From Styela clava (taxonomy: Eukaryota), in NCBI RefSeq assembly GCF_964204865.1, contig NC_135259.1:14012001-14076000 (forward strand): 64,000 bases of DNA, in the 5' to 3' direction. This document shows, one piece after another, positions 12,052-24,561 of the stretch. The notes under the pieces are model-generated. The model was not told the DNA's origin and did not search any database. It saw only the letters and a program-made list of their open reading frames with translations. The number at the start of each line of letters is the position of its first letter. The first letter of the stretch is position 1. The translations under genes were made by a program, and so were the position numbers.

Positions 12052-12265
12052 GGGTGCTCCAGAAGTATATGTACCAACATGTGGGTAACTAACTTTGTTT
12101 GCCTATTTTACATCAAGTTGTGTGAAGGGACTGAAATCTATGGACAAGGGGTATATTCACTTGGCTAACACAGACAGTCCCCAAACTTGTAAGAGAACTA
12201 AAAGAAGAAAAATCGGAATAAAATTATGGCCTTACCCTAACCTGGTACACATACTACGGGAGTAC
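12052..12265. mobile_element. MITE-like dispersed repeat, GGTACTCC...GGAGTACC family
   Basis: Reverse-complement match to 48038-48248. Shares termini and a CCCTAACC motif with 62197-62429. Flanked by AAAATT on both sides. Confidence 0.65.
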
Positions 12266-15200
12266 ACAAAATTGACCCAAATAAAATCTATTAAATATTC
12301 AAATCAATTCATCTGATATGCAATTTAAAATTTTGTTTTTTTAGTATGAGATCATAATATAGCCCGATTTGTGGCTAGTATATATCATACATATATAAAA
12401 ACAATAACTATAATATAAAAAGGCAAAAGGACTCATCAGTTTTATAGTATTCTAGAAATGTAGCCAGGTGATAATGTTAAGCGTTGACAGGCAGTCAGTG
12501 AGATATTTTCTAACAGAAAAATATTAAAATCTTTCCTCATAGTTACTTATGCTATTGATAAAAATGAACACACGTGCAATACCATTTACAAACATGTTTA
12601 AGCACATATTTTCAGCTATTTATTACCATAATCAGGTCTTGACTTTATATTGAAAGTGGCAGTTATCACCCTTTCCATCATTCAATCAACAATTTCGAAT
12701 TCTTCAGTTCGCTCTATTACGACTGTTGTATCATAGTTCATCTGTGCCAAATCTGTTTCAGTCATAGTTGAGAATACATACGTAGAAAACAACATTTAAG
12801 GCCATGTCAGGAATTGCGATCGAACGAAATATATTAATTGTATGTAATACGGTATTGCATAGTGTCAGCAATCATTAAACATCACATAACTACTACGATA
12901 TTTATTCTTTGATTAACTACAGTGTTTGAGATGGAAAAAAAGAAGTAACATTATAACTTTATTTTGGGTCAAAAATTAAGGTTAAGTTAAGAAACTATGA
13001 TTATTTACAACGAGACAAGCTATTGCTAACGCGAAAGGGCTGTAAGCGATATTTCCATCTCACCATACTAGGCGGAACTCTTTGCTCCAATGACCTTGAC
13101 AGACTAAACAAAACATTTTATTCGTTATGGATATGAATGAATTAGGCGTAGACCTGGTAATCAATTTCAATGTGTGGTAATATTGAATAGTTTCAAAATT
13201 TACGCGTCTTAATGGAACCAGTTAAATGAATATATTGATGGCGAAATATATATGCTCGTCTGAGGACCCAAAGCGCTATTTCATTTGTGATGTAAATGAT
13301 CAACGCCAACTAAGATAAAGTATCATGCCAAACTAAAGCTGCCCAACCCGCGGTGTACGCCAGGCTAATTATTGTGGCCGTGCTATAGATGAGTTTGTAC
13401 TAAACTGCACTAAACTGCTAAAGTATACTTCGAGATTTAGTTGTGATTGTTCCGGCCATCCACATCCAAATGTCGGTTCTCCTTATCACACAAGTATCAA
13501 GTCTTGCGTCCTGGTGGTATCGATGTTCATTTTTTTTTTATTTCTCGCTGATCTGTGCGTTTTTTTTCGACAAATTCGAAAGCTATTGTGTGTTTATTGG
13601 CTACGAGACGATGAGAAAAATCATAGGAATAAATTTTGAGACCCTAAATGAATTTTCTGGTGTGAAAGTGGCTCGCGACACTACAAAGTTTGTGCAGGCC
13701 TGTGTTAAAACTACGCATGGTGACTGGTTACTGTAGAACATGGACGTATTTTCAAGCATAAAGCGTAATCAATCGCAGTTAGTAGTATTTCTAGTTTTAC
13801 TTTAGGTTGAGTCGGTATCAAACGCTTCATATCAAATATAAAACGTCTGGGAACGTTTTAAGTAAACTGAATATTTTATACAAAATACAGCTCTAATACC
13901 TGTAATTCATTTCAAATGTGAATGAAATTTTGTGTAAAAAATTCGACAATAAGTCATGATGAAATTAATGAATTTTTGTTTTAGTTGAAGTTCTGTTATA
14001 AGATGACGAGTGGCTCCCAAAATTAATGAATAATGTCACAACCAAGGCTGTCCAGAAGCATAGAAAATTTCCAATCAACTGCGATTTCATAGGCTCGGAC
14101 ACAATATCGGCCCAATTGACATTGTATTATCACAATAAATATTATTACAATGATATAGAGAACCACGAACTGGTCCGAAGTCAATTGCAATCTTTTTTAA
14201 CCTTAACAAAAGTTTCATTCCAATGATTACCCAACGAATAGACGATATGGCTTTCAACACTATGTGGGAGTATAAACAAAAGTTGTTCAAATCCCTTTCT
14301 CCTATAACAAAAAGAAATCCTAAGTTTTTATTTCCGTGGGCGTAAGCAAATATCAGAGCCAAATATGATTCATAGTCACGTTGTGATGTTTTATTAAAGT
14401 TTGCTTTCAATCGTGAACATCGGGTCATGGTTGAGCTGAAATACCGATATGTTTTCTACAAAAAATTAAGTGAATTTTAAGCATGAAACAATGATAAATA
14501 AGGTATGACGGTTTCCAATGGTCGTCACGGCCCAACTGTCATCTCTATGCAACCAGCATGGCCAAAATTTTTGAAAAATTACGTGTTAAAAACTTTGCGC
14601 TATTTTAAGTTAGAATGCCAAATGTTATCGGCAAAAGGTTCTTATAGACAGACAATTTATATTTGATAATACACTGAGATTGTAACAATGCATATTTGAC
14701 TTAACATTTTTTACAGAATAATAGTATTGTCGGTTCAGGAAGTACACTATACGTATGATTATTCCCATTGAAGGTCTCACTGTCTTATTTTCTCATTTTC
14801 TAGAGGAGATGAACATCGCATGACAGGGAGAGTTGACACGAGTTTGCATCAAGGTTCATTTCTCCAAACTCTCTTTTGTCACGAAAATGTTCGTCAAATC
14901 TAGACATCTGTTCTTTCTTGATGTTTTTATTTGCCTTCTTAACGTAAGAAAAGATGAACGTCCATGTTGGAACCTCAACCTCGTGCTTGTTTTATAGCAA
15001 TATTTTAAATTACTAATCCGATTTATAAACAACTGTATGTAATTCAAAAAATTGTATCCTGCACATAAATGTCACATGTATTTTGCCGGCTGAAAGATGG
15101 CTTCAGTATGAATATTTATTCGCAAATGCTCATTCAACAGGATGCCTGGACATGGAACAGTACATTGTGATTTATTCAAACTTACGATAACAATACTTGT

Positions 15201-15585
15201 ACAAAATATTTTTTTCTTGTTTTGCAATATTTGTAGTTTATTTATTTTTTTATCGGTGTAAGTTGAATAAGATCGTATCTAATTCTTTTCACGGTGAGTT
15301 TTATCCCTCGTTTAAAAGTAATATCAAATGCATCATGTTACATAGCCGACAGTGGAAAGATTTTTGTCCGGTTCTCACTCTACTTTATCAGTTTATTTTC
15401 GGGAAATAATAATAATTTCGTTCACAATAAAAAGAATAATTCTCTGCAAAAAAGTAGTTCAATTTAAAAGACTCCAAGGAATTTTTCAAGAGCCATGAAA
15501 GTAACTTATAAGGTAATATATTGGCAATATGCCCATACGCTCCTGTATTTCGTTTTTTCCATATCGATGCATTTCGTGCACCATT

Positions 15586-18500
15586 TTACGATATACCTTC
15601 ACAATCAGGGCGCTCGCAAACTATTGTATCTTTGGCGTCCCCCGGGCAGCCAGAAGCAAGGCCATTATCTGACCGACAAAATCTCATTCGTGAAATTTCT
15701 CCAGATCCACAAGTAACGCTACATGAACTTGATATCCATGGTCCCCACGAAGAATGTTCTGAAAATATATATTTGCATTGAGTTGTGATTAATTTGCACT
15801 GGAGTATTAAAATATTTTTGTTGACGTCTGTATAATTGATTACATCACTTCAATCACTTTGCCATCGTGTTGGCATTGCAAAAAATGATAAATATATGCA
15901 AAAGTGGGTTACAGAAAAATCTAAGATATAATTGACTACAGTCGTGATATTGGAATCTGTTATTGTTTGGGTCGCCTGATTAGGCTTCTCTACAACAATC
16001 CAGAACATGATATATTAAAAATGGGGTACTCCTGAAGAAAGCGCACCAAGATGTCGCACAACCTGAACCATAACCTGGTACACAACCTGAGTTCAGGCTG
16101 TGCGCCATCTTGGTGCGAATACTTCAGCAGTTAGGCGATCGATTATATACAACGAAAAATGAATGGATATCGATTGTCTTATACAAATAGACAACAGAAT
16201 ATTAATTACTATATTATATACGTTATTGTGCAGTTCAAAAAGTCACTTAGATTATAAAAAGTAGTAATTTCTTGCTTTGGCCTAAATATTGCTCAAGGTT
16301 TTTCAAAAGCCTAGATAGTATTGACATTACCAACCATCCAAAAAAAGAATTCAACCAAATATCCTTCTCGAATGTTATTTTTAAGATTGCTACACAAATA
16401 GTGACAGTGTCTGTGCGAAATGGAAATACTTTGATACATGCGAAGGCATTAAAGAAGCAGGAAATAGCACCGCGCAAGTAGTAATGGCAGACGTGTGGAT
16501 GAGTGTTTCAAGCCTTGGACGGGTTCTTTTTTTCTGTAATAATTACTGGAGAAAAAGTTAGGTTCACATTCTTCTGTGTAATCTTAGTTTCAGTGTCATG
16601 GAATGAATTATCGAAACTGTATCAAGATTAACTATACCCTCACATTCGGGATTTTCACACGCTATCTTATCTGTAGAGTCACCAAGGCAACCCACAGCTA
16701 ATCCTCTATCAGATCGACAAAACCTTATTCGTGAAATTTCTCCAGTTCCACAAGTGACGCTACACTTGCCAGCTATCCAGGGTCCCCAAGTAAATGCCTC
16801 TGGGAAAAGGTTTAATGGTGTATTCAACGACTACTTGGGTTTTTACATTTTCCAATGTTTATGTATAATGTTTCATTTATTTAAATTGAAATTATAACAA
16901 TTGAAGTTAAAATAAAACATGCAGTTCACATTGCGATATTGTTGGATTTTGCTGAATACAAATAATCGTTTTTGTTTCACTGGCATTTGAATTGAGGTCA
17001 GTGCTTACAATTCTTCTTTTATTGGTTAGCACGGGCTTGTCCTTTATCCATTTATGCACTATCTTCAAAAATAATAGAACCCGCTATCGCTATTTCAAGG
17101 CGATTCTCGAGAGTAGATAATTTCACTTAGTTTTATTCACCTTCACAAACAGGTTCTTCGCACGCGACTTTCTCTTCAGATATGCCAGGGCAGTCATCAG
17201 CCCTTTCTCCATTCAGCCTACAGTGTCGAAGTCTGAATATTTCCCCATTTCCACAAGTGACGCTACATCCGAACGACAACCAATCTCCCCAGGCAGATAT
17301 TTCTGTCCACGAAAGTATACATTTGTTGAAATCCAATAATTGATGATTAAAATAAGAGTTCAATGTTAAACGAAGGTCAAACAACGAAGATCAAAAACGC
17401 ACATTTTCTGATGAAAATCCCGATAGTGTGACCATTTTATCTTGAAAGAAGGCAAACTCTCTATATCACTAGAGTATTTTATTAACTCATTTACGTCAAA
17501 GTGAAGACAATTTTTAATGACATGTTAACATGTATTTGGTACATTCCATTTCGTGCTCACTTTCGAAATTAAAATGGGAAAAATGACGTGCCAGAGTAAA
17601 AAAAGCGAATTAAATAAGCTAAATTTCGAATATTGTAGGTCTCATGGGATATTGGAAAAAATAATAATGAATAATAAAAAAACTGCCAACGAGGTTTTGG
17701 ATAATATGCTACAGGATGATGAACATAATTGTGTTATAGTTACCTTCACAGCTGGGCTCGTAACACTTTTCGAACATGTTTGTAATGCCTTCGCATTTTC
17801 CATTGTCCACATTCCCGAGCGGCGATTCACAATGTCGTATTTTGATAACCATTCCTTCTCCACACGATACACTACATTTCGAAGATGACCATGAACTCCA
17901 TGCGTATGTAGGATCTATAAAAAGTATGTCTAAATTCATTTGCAAGTACAAGTTGAGTGATTTTGCTGAATTGGTCTCTATATATGTAGGCATATGCAAA
18001 TATGGAGACGGGGTGTGGCAATTTTAAAATTCGATGCAAGCACTACTCATATATACATAGCTTAATTTACAGACTTGATATTTCTCCGCCTTTAGTCCAT
18101 ACGTAGCACTGTGCCGTATACGTATGTTTCAAAATTAGGTATTAATTAGTAGTAGACTATACATAAGTTAGTGAAACCATGAAGTATATTGCCATTGTAA
18201 AAGTGCTAACGAAAATGGAATATACAGACTGAAGCAAAACTAAATATATGATTCTTTGATACCAGTAGTGTTAACTAAAAGTATTTCACTTATTCCAATA
18301 TGTTACATATTTTGTACTAATTACAATCAAAAGCATTCTTACCATAAAACACGATTGAAACTTCCCAATTTGAGTAGCGAATTGATGTAATTCCATTTCT
18401 CGTGGAACCTTCATACCTGGATAACCCGTCAGTTTTCCATACTGTAAATCTCCCACCCTCGTTTGCTATAAAATAATGAGGTATATAATGAGTTAATTTT

Positions 18501-20194
18501 TACCGATATTAGATTCTCAATTTACCTGGATATATAAAACAAAACACTCAACACTCTTAAAGTATACTTAATTCAAAAGAATAATATTAACTTTATCACG
18601 TTTTATATTAGTTTTTTAGATTTTTTCATTTGAATTTTATCGTCTGGCAACAGCACAAACTCACAACAAAAAGTTAAATGTAACAAAACAGAATTGTTTT
18701 CTAACTCCTATTCCCACCATTAATAACTCCACTGTGGGCAGCAGCAGTGCATATGTAGGAATCATCTGTATAAATATCAGTTCCCCATAACACAGGTTTC
18801 TCCCAAGTTGGAAGTGGGCATCCAGGTGGACAAATAACGTCAAACTTAGTTTCCAAGAATTCGCTCGATATTGAAGTACATGATACATTATCTTAAATAC
18901 AAGAGTAATATATGAATATATATAATTCAGTTGATTATAATAAATAATTCTCATAATAATTGTTCATTATTTACTATTTGAGGTACAAGTCTTATTATCC
19001 CGTGATATAATGCGTTATGGTTATTACATACAACCCTTGAAAGTAAAGAGATATGTGGCAATCTAGCGACCCATAGCACTATTGCAAAACTGCATATTTT
19101 GCAAAACAAATATAATGTAGCAAGTGCTGTAAAACTGTATTAAACGGTTCTAGGAAAATTCGCCGTAGGAAATTTCGCCGCATAGGAAAAATCGCCGCAA
19201 GAGCATTTTGCTGTAAAACAAGTATTTGTGAGAAAATCATTTGGGTTCTTGAAGTCCCTTTTTATTTAAAAAAGATTTGTTATTTAAGAGCTTACCCTTG
19301 TTTTTATCACAAATACTTATTTTACAGCAAAATGCTTATGCGGCGATTTTTTATGCTGCGAATTTTCCTATGCGGCCAAATTTCCTACGGCGAAATTTCC
19401 TGCCGCGAATTTGCGGTCACTGTAATAGACACCATAATATCACACATATAAATTTTTGATCGTGAAAAACAGCTTCTAACGTTTTTGATATCTGCAATAT
19501 GCACGAGAAAGCTGCAAAATAATACTGCAAAAAAATCTACACTGACCTGAGCATCTTCTAGAGTTGAAACATTTTGCGTACTCGATCGGCGACTCTTTTC
19601 CGCATAATCTTGAGAAAACGACTTTTTTTCTTTTCTCCAAACATTTTCGTGTTCTATTCATATAGCCTATGCCACAATTAACGCTGCATTCGCCTTCCCA
19701 TGCAGACCATAAATATTCTAAAAATTGAATGCAATGTATTATTAATGGAGCATGTAAATATAAATATCAATTTTCAACATTTGCAATGGCTTTCTACTTT
19801 TCAATGCTTTTGCTCTTTACAAATTTACGAAACTGACGACAAAATGTTCAGCAAGAGTTTCCTTTTAAACGTTCAAAACATTAATTTTGTATTTAGAAGT
19901 AAGAAAATGTTATGATATATGACAACATGAATTATAGAACTAATTTTAACTTGTTTCAAAAAAAATTTTCATTCCAACTCATTCATTTTATGGAATATAT
20001 GACTGATTTATTTATTGACTTTTGTGTTATTGAAATTATTTTTTGGATCCGGGTTAATATTGAGAATACCATTAGACTAAATCAATCGCATTATCATTTT
20101 GGTTTAATATGTAAGTAATTACCCATTCCCAAGAATATAGGTTTCAGAGAATAAAGTTCTTACTTTCTTATTATAAAACAACGTAAATTAGTAA

Positions 20195-20230
<36 letters not shown>

Positions 20231-23200
20231 GATTTAATTTCTATGTAACCATACAGCCTGTAATGCATTCAAATATATATGTTTACCAATATATTATACT
20301 GTATTGAAACACAGAATTTATATTCCAGTCTTACTTGGCACTCCCATCGCATCACAATTTGGCAGAAAGCACAGGTCAATGTCGAAATCAAATCCACCAC
20401 ATTTATCAGAATCAATTGTGTCGTTATCTTTATCGAGACAATATCGTTGCATTATCATTTCTCCTTCCCCACAAGTAACAGTACATGTTTCATCCCACGA
20501 ACTCCAATGATATCCTTCGTGAAAAGAGTTGATAATTTAATTTCTACGAGCTTTTATGAAAAACATACTAGTATTTTATCTGAATTTATTCTCACCTAGA
20601 GAAGCTTCTTCAATTGTTTCGTTGATCCAAGTCAAAAAATTTTGCACTTTTGTATAAATACCCGGTAGCTCTTTCGCCCCACAATGTATGGGCCCAAAAC
20701 TAATTATGCCGTACAGAAAACTTGTACCACTTGTTTTGCATATCAAAGGACCGCCGCTGTCTCCTCCACACGTATCTGCACCGCCTTCTGTGTGTCTGTT
20801 GAAAACTTATTTCATCACAATTGCGATTAATTAAAGTGCGAATAAGTGAAAGTTGAAAAATAGCAAGTTGTGAAATAATTACAAAAGTAATTGTGTCCCA
20901 ATGCAATCTATTGTAAACGATTTTCTTGAGTACGTAGTTTGTTGTTAAAAAAACAACTTTATTTCTGTCGGAAATTTAAAAAAATATTTATAACTTCAAT
21001 ATCGAACCTGGGTGATTGTTTGACTTGACTTTTGCCACCATGCTTTGTCAAAAATCAAAAAAAAAATAATAATAATTCACATCGATATATTTATATTGGG
21101 GTTTTACGTTACGATTGTACAGAATTGGTGGTTTCAAAAATAAGGGTATTGTGAAGTTATTTATCAAAGAAATGGGGGCAACACAGATTGTTTGGTACTA
21201 CCGTAGTATGTTTACCAATTTAGGGTTAGGCCATAATTTTATTTTGTATAATCGAATTTTCAATTGCGCTTCAGTGTTTGATGAAATAATTAGAGTTGGT
21301 CTGACGACTCAAACCTCAATATTGTCTCCATTAAAATAAATTTCGCTTGTTTTCTCAAGTAACATCTTTTCCCTCTGTAAATGTTTGTGGTCATGAGAAC
21401 TACTTTCAAAAAATAGCATAATTAATCATAATTTGGCCTTCAATCAATAATGAATCCTGAAACTGCATGTTTAATTTGAGATAACATGAAACACTAGTTT
21501 CAATATTATACTGTATATTATTATTATTAGGTACTTCTCATACATAGGGCACCAAAGTCTCAAGTGCCCGGGGTCTTTCAAAATGTTAAAAGCATGATCC
21601 GGCCCTGGACAGGATATACTGAACTTTTGAATTCTAGAAACCTTCATTACCGTATCGTCCACCATACAAGTATGAATACTGATAAGTTTATAACAATAAA
21701 ATGAGCTCACAGAAGAGAATTAAGTATAGTCGGTGTGTTAACACTTTTGTTAATAAGTAACTTAATTAACACTTTTCTGCTTAGAGTGGTTGAGAGGGGT
21801 ACAGCTACCATACCTATATCCCGGTATCGGTATTTCGGCAAAAAATCATTAGAAATATTGGGCGTCAATAAGTAACGGTACACTACATTTAAAAATACTG
21901 GTAAAGTATGTATAAAAAAACAAATATCGGATTTAGTGGCGACTGACGCCTTTTAAGTATTGAAGTTACAGTGAAATGCAATTCAAAACAATTAATCACT
22001 GATCTTTTCAACAGTAGTGTTAAAAAGCGTAAGTGGTTTAGCGTTTAAATGGCATTTCACAGTTACTTTCTGAAGTTACGAAAAAATGGTACTTAAAAAA
22101 AATTTAATGACTGACCGTTTTTAACAGTAACACTCAGTAACACTGTTAAAAAGCGCCATTCGTTCATTGTTTAAATGGCATTTTACCGTTACAATTCGAA
22201 GTTACTATAAAATTCTCTTTGAAACTTGTAATGACTGACGCTTTTTAACAGTAATACTGTTGAAAAGATCCAGTCATTCAACGTTTGAACAGCATTTCAC
22301 CGTAACTGTAAAATGGTGATAATATTTTATTTCACTGAAGATATTAGTTTGGGTTACACCGCTCTAACTCAATTTTAGTGGTTCCCAAACGGTGCCAATA
22401 CCTACAATACCCCATTACCTACAATAGAAAAGACACCTACAAAAGAATCAGACATCAACATTGTCTCGGTTGAAAAAATTTAGCTTGTTTTTCTTTCTCA
22501 AGTATCATCCTAAATGTTTATAGTCATGATAACTATTTTAAAAAAATATGAAAATAATCATAATTTGGCTCCAATCAGTATAAATACTGAAACTTACTTT
22601 CAACTTCAAATAAAACGGAACACTAGTTACATTCCTATTATTATATTTCATATATAGGACACCAAAGTCTTGAGCGCATATGGCCTCTAAAGGCAGGATT
22701 CGGCACCGGTTATACCGGGTGTACTCAAGCTTCGTTTACTGCATTGCTGCAGCACGGGTATGAGATAACCAACCTATGACCAAATGTCCTAAAAATCCGC
22801 ATTTGTTTGTATATAATCATTCGTTTTATGCCACTTCGTGGTCAGGGTTACAAACGAGAAGGCGCCGGATCTTTTGTTACGGGGTTTCATTATTAATATT
22901 CACTCTCTTCTCTAGATTTTTAGAATATGGTTTAATTTACTAGAGTACCTAACGAAATATAAATATATAGTCTCTTGTTCAATATAGAAAACTGACCCGG
23001 CACAGACAGTGTTTGCTGGAATCGTGGTTCCGTGTTTTTCGTGCCATTCCTGACATTGATTATTGTCTATTATTTTTACTTCGGCTTCTTGTAAATATTG
23101 ATGCAAATTTCCATCTGTTTTGAAAACAAGAAAATAATAGTGCAGATACAACTAGTAAATTGTAGAGAAAAGGTTAATTAGTTTTATTGTGACGAAACAC

Positions 23201-24474
23201 TTTTGTATTTGTTGTTGTATTTGTATGTTAAAGATACAAATATAATTTAAAATCCTGAACGGGAAATTCTGTTCTATTATTTTTTCATTTCTCGTGTACA
23301 TACGCTCATCATAACCCCATCCGGCAACGGTACACACTGTTCCTTCTGGTATATCAATTATTTCGTCAAATGCATACGGTACAGGTGAAGAGTATCCCAT
23401 GTATTCTGGCCAAGGAATTTTGATGAGACAAATATCATTTGTTAAGTCCCTTGATTGAAAGCCTGAAATAAAGAAAACATAGCTAAAAAAATTTTCGAGA
23501 TTTCATCAAATACAACACCATTCAATAACAGACGAGTAATATTAATATTTACCTTTGTGACAAATTACTTTTTCAGGCTTCGTATTAACTGCCGTGGCTT
23601 CTGGTGCGTCCTTGTCTTTAGTATTGAATGATATTCTTGTTGCAAGTTTTCTAAAAATGTTATTTTCGAAATGAGTTGTATAAGTTGTCAAATAGTTTCT
23701 ATTTTAAGGATAAAACAACAATAAAATATACGTAATGTCATCGAAGTTAATATTCTTGCCCAACGAAACGACAAAAGCTATGTTTAATTTTTATTTACCC
23801 GTCAAAGCAATGAGCAGCTGTTAGTATCCAGGTTTCTGATATTAGACTTCCACCGCATTGATCTGCACCATTGTCAAGCTCGATAAAAACCTGCCAAGGC
23901 CACGATTCCGCAACAGCTCTGACTCCTTTTGCGACCGGAGATAAATCATTTGTACAATTTACTTCGACTTTATACGTTCCGTCACAGTGTATTTGTTCCA
24001 CAGTTTGGTTTTTAACCAAGCATTGTCTTTGAGTTACTGTTACTGAATTCAAGTCAACTTTCCGGTAGGAGTCGCAGTCCGATGGTTTTAGCCATGCTCC
24101 CCATGTACCTCAATAAAAACAAACACTGAATAATGCTAATTTCGAACGTTTATGATTTGAAATGTAGACTTCTAAATACATATTCAACAATCACAAAAAA
24201 AATCGTGCTTATATTATAATAATTTTAGTATTAACTATTATCTTTTATCACAGTTAAAACACGCTCCAAATCATGTTGACCAAAGCCCATAAAGATGATA
24301 ACAATTTTCTAAACAGAACACATCAGAAAAAACTTTATAATTAATATTATCAAAACGATATAATGATTAGCAGCCTACACACATACCTTGGGCAAGGTCA
24401 GGTTCCGAAGCAAATGAAAGCGGCAATTTGGAAATTGATGAGAAACACAGAAAGATTAGTAAAATATTAAACAT
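15586..24474 (-). CDS. Secreted mosaic S1 serine protease: SP, TSP1-like, trypsin, TSP1 x2, LCCL, TSP1 x4 (~763 aa). Exons 24474-24387, 24108-23799, 23650-23553, 23462-23304, 23114-22997, 20795-20596, 20514-20335, 19717-19547, 19062-19032 (tentative), 18863-18718, 18465-18343, 17914-17744, 17302-17141, 16799-16638, 15758-15586
   Basis: Protease motifs [45 protein letters not shown]. Six WxxW..CSVTCGxG..R.R.C-type exons. LCCL motifs [38 protein letters not shown]. Intron phases are consistent throughout. The last exon may splice further (GTATAT donor), but it reads into TAA and has a minus-strand AATAAA at ~15392-15397. Confidence 0.85.
16022..16132. mobile_element. Short palindromic MITE, GGTACTCC family
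   Basis: Arms CTGAAG..CGCACCAAGATGTCGCACAACCTGAAC / GTTCAGGCTGTGCGCCATCTTGGTGCG..CTTCAG. Similar to the termini of 62197-62429. Confidence 0.6.
19145..19405. mobile_element. Foldback-type MITE with long inverted arms built from ~16-bp subrepeats
   Basis: Left arm has three (AGGAAAATTCGCCGYA)-like units then GCATTTTGCTGTAAAA..AAGTATTTGTGA. The right arm is the reverse complement. Lies in protease intron 8. Confidence 0.75.
20198..20226. repeat. (TA)n microsatellite
   Basis: Direct reading. A shorter (TA)n lies at ~747-767. Confidence 0.9.
21935..22310. repeat. Diverged tandem repeat, ~120-bp unit x3, each unit with an internal palindrome
   Basis: Recurring GACTGACGCTTTTTAACAGT..ACTGTTAAAAAGCG and GTTTAAATGGCATTTYACMGTTAC..GAAGTTAC. 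Confidence 0.7.
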
Positions 24475-24552
24475 TACAATATATATATCTCAATAGTAAG
24501 CTATGAAACTGAAATATATAAAATCTATTTATGAATTTGACACAAACGAGTT

Positions 24553-24561
24553 ATGACTCAT
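24553..24561. promoter_or_regulatory. AP-1 site (ATGACTCAT) ~80 bp upstream of the protease ATG
   Basis: Perfect extended TRE palindrome, just upstream of a TATA-like run at ~24515-24522. Confidence 0.4.

Noticed and set aside
12000-12090. Thyroglobulin type-1-like peptide GAPEVYVPTC followed by a GT donor
   Set aside because: It is the terminus of the GGTACTCC MITE family (matches 48038-48248 inverted), and there is an upstream in-frame stop.
21935-22310. CRISPR-like palindromic repeat array
   Set aside because: It lies in a eukaryotic intron, the inter-palindrome segments are themselves repeated rather than unique spacers, and there are no cas genes.
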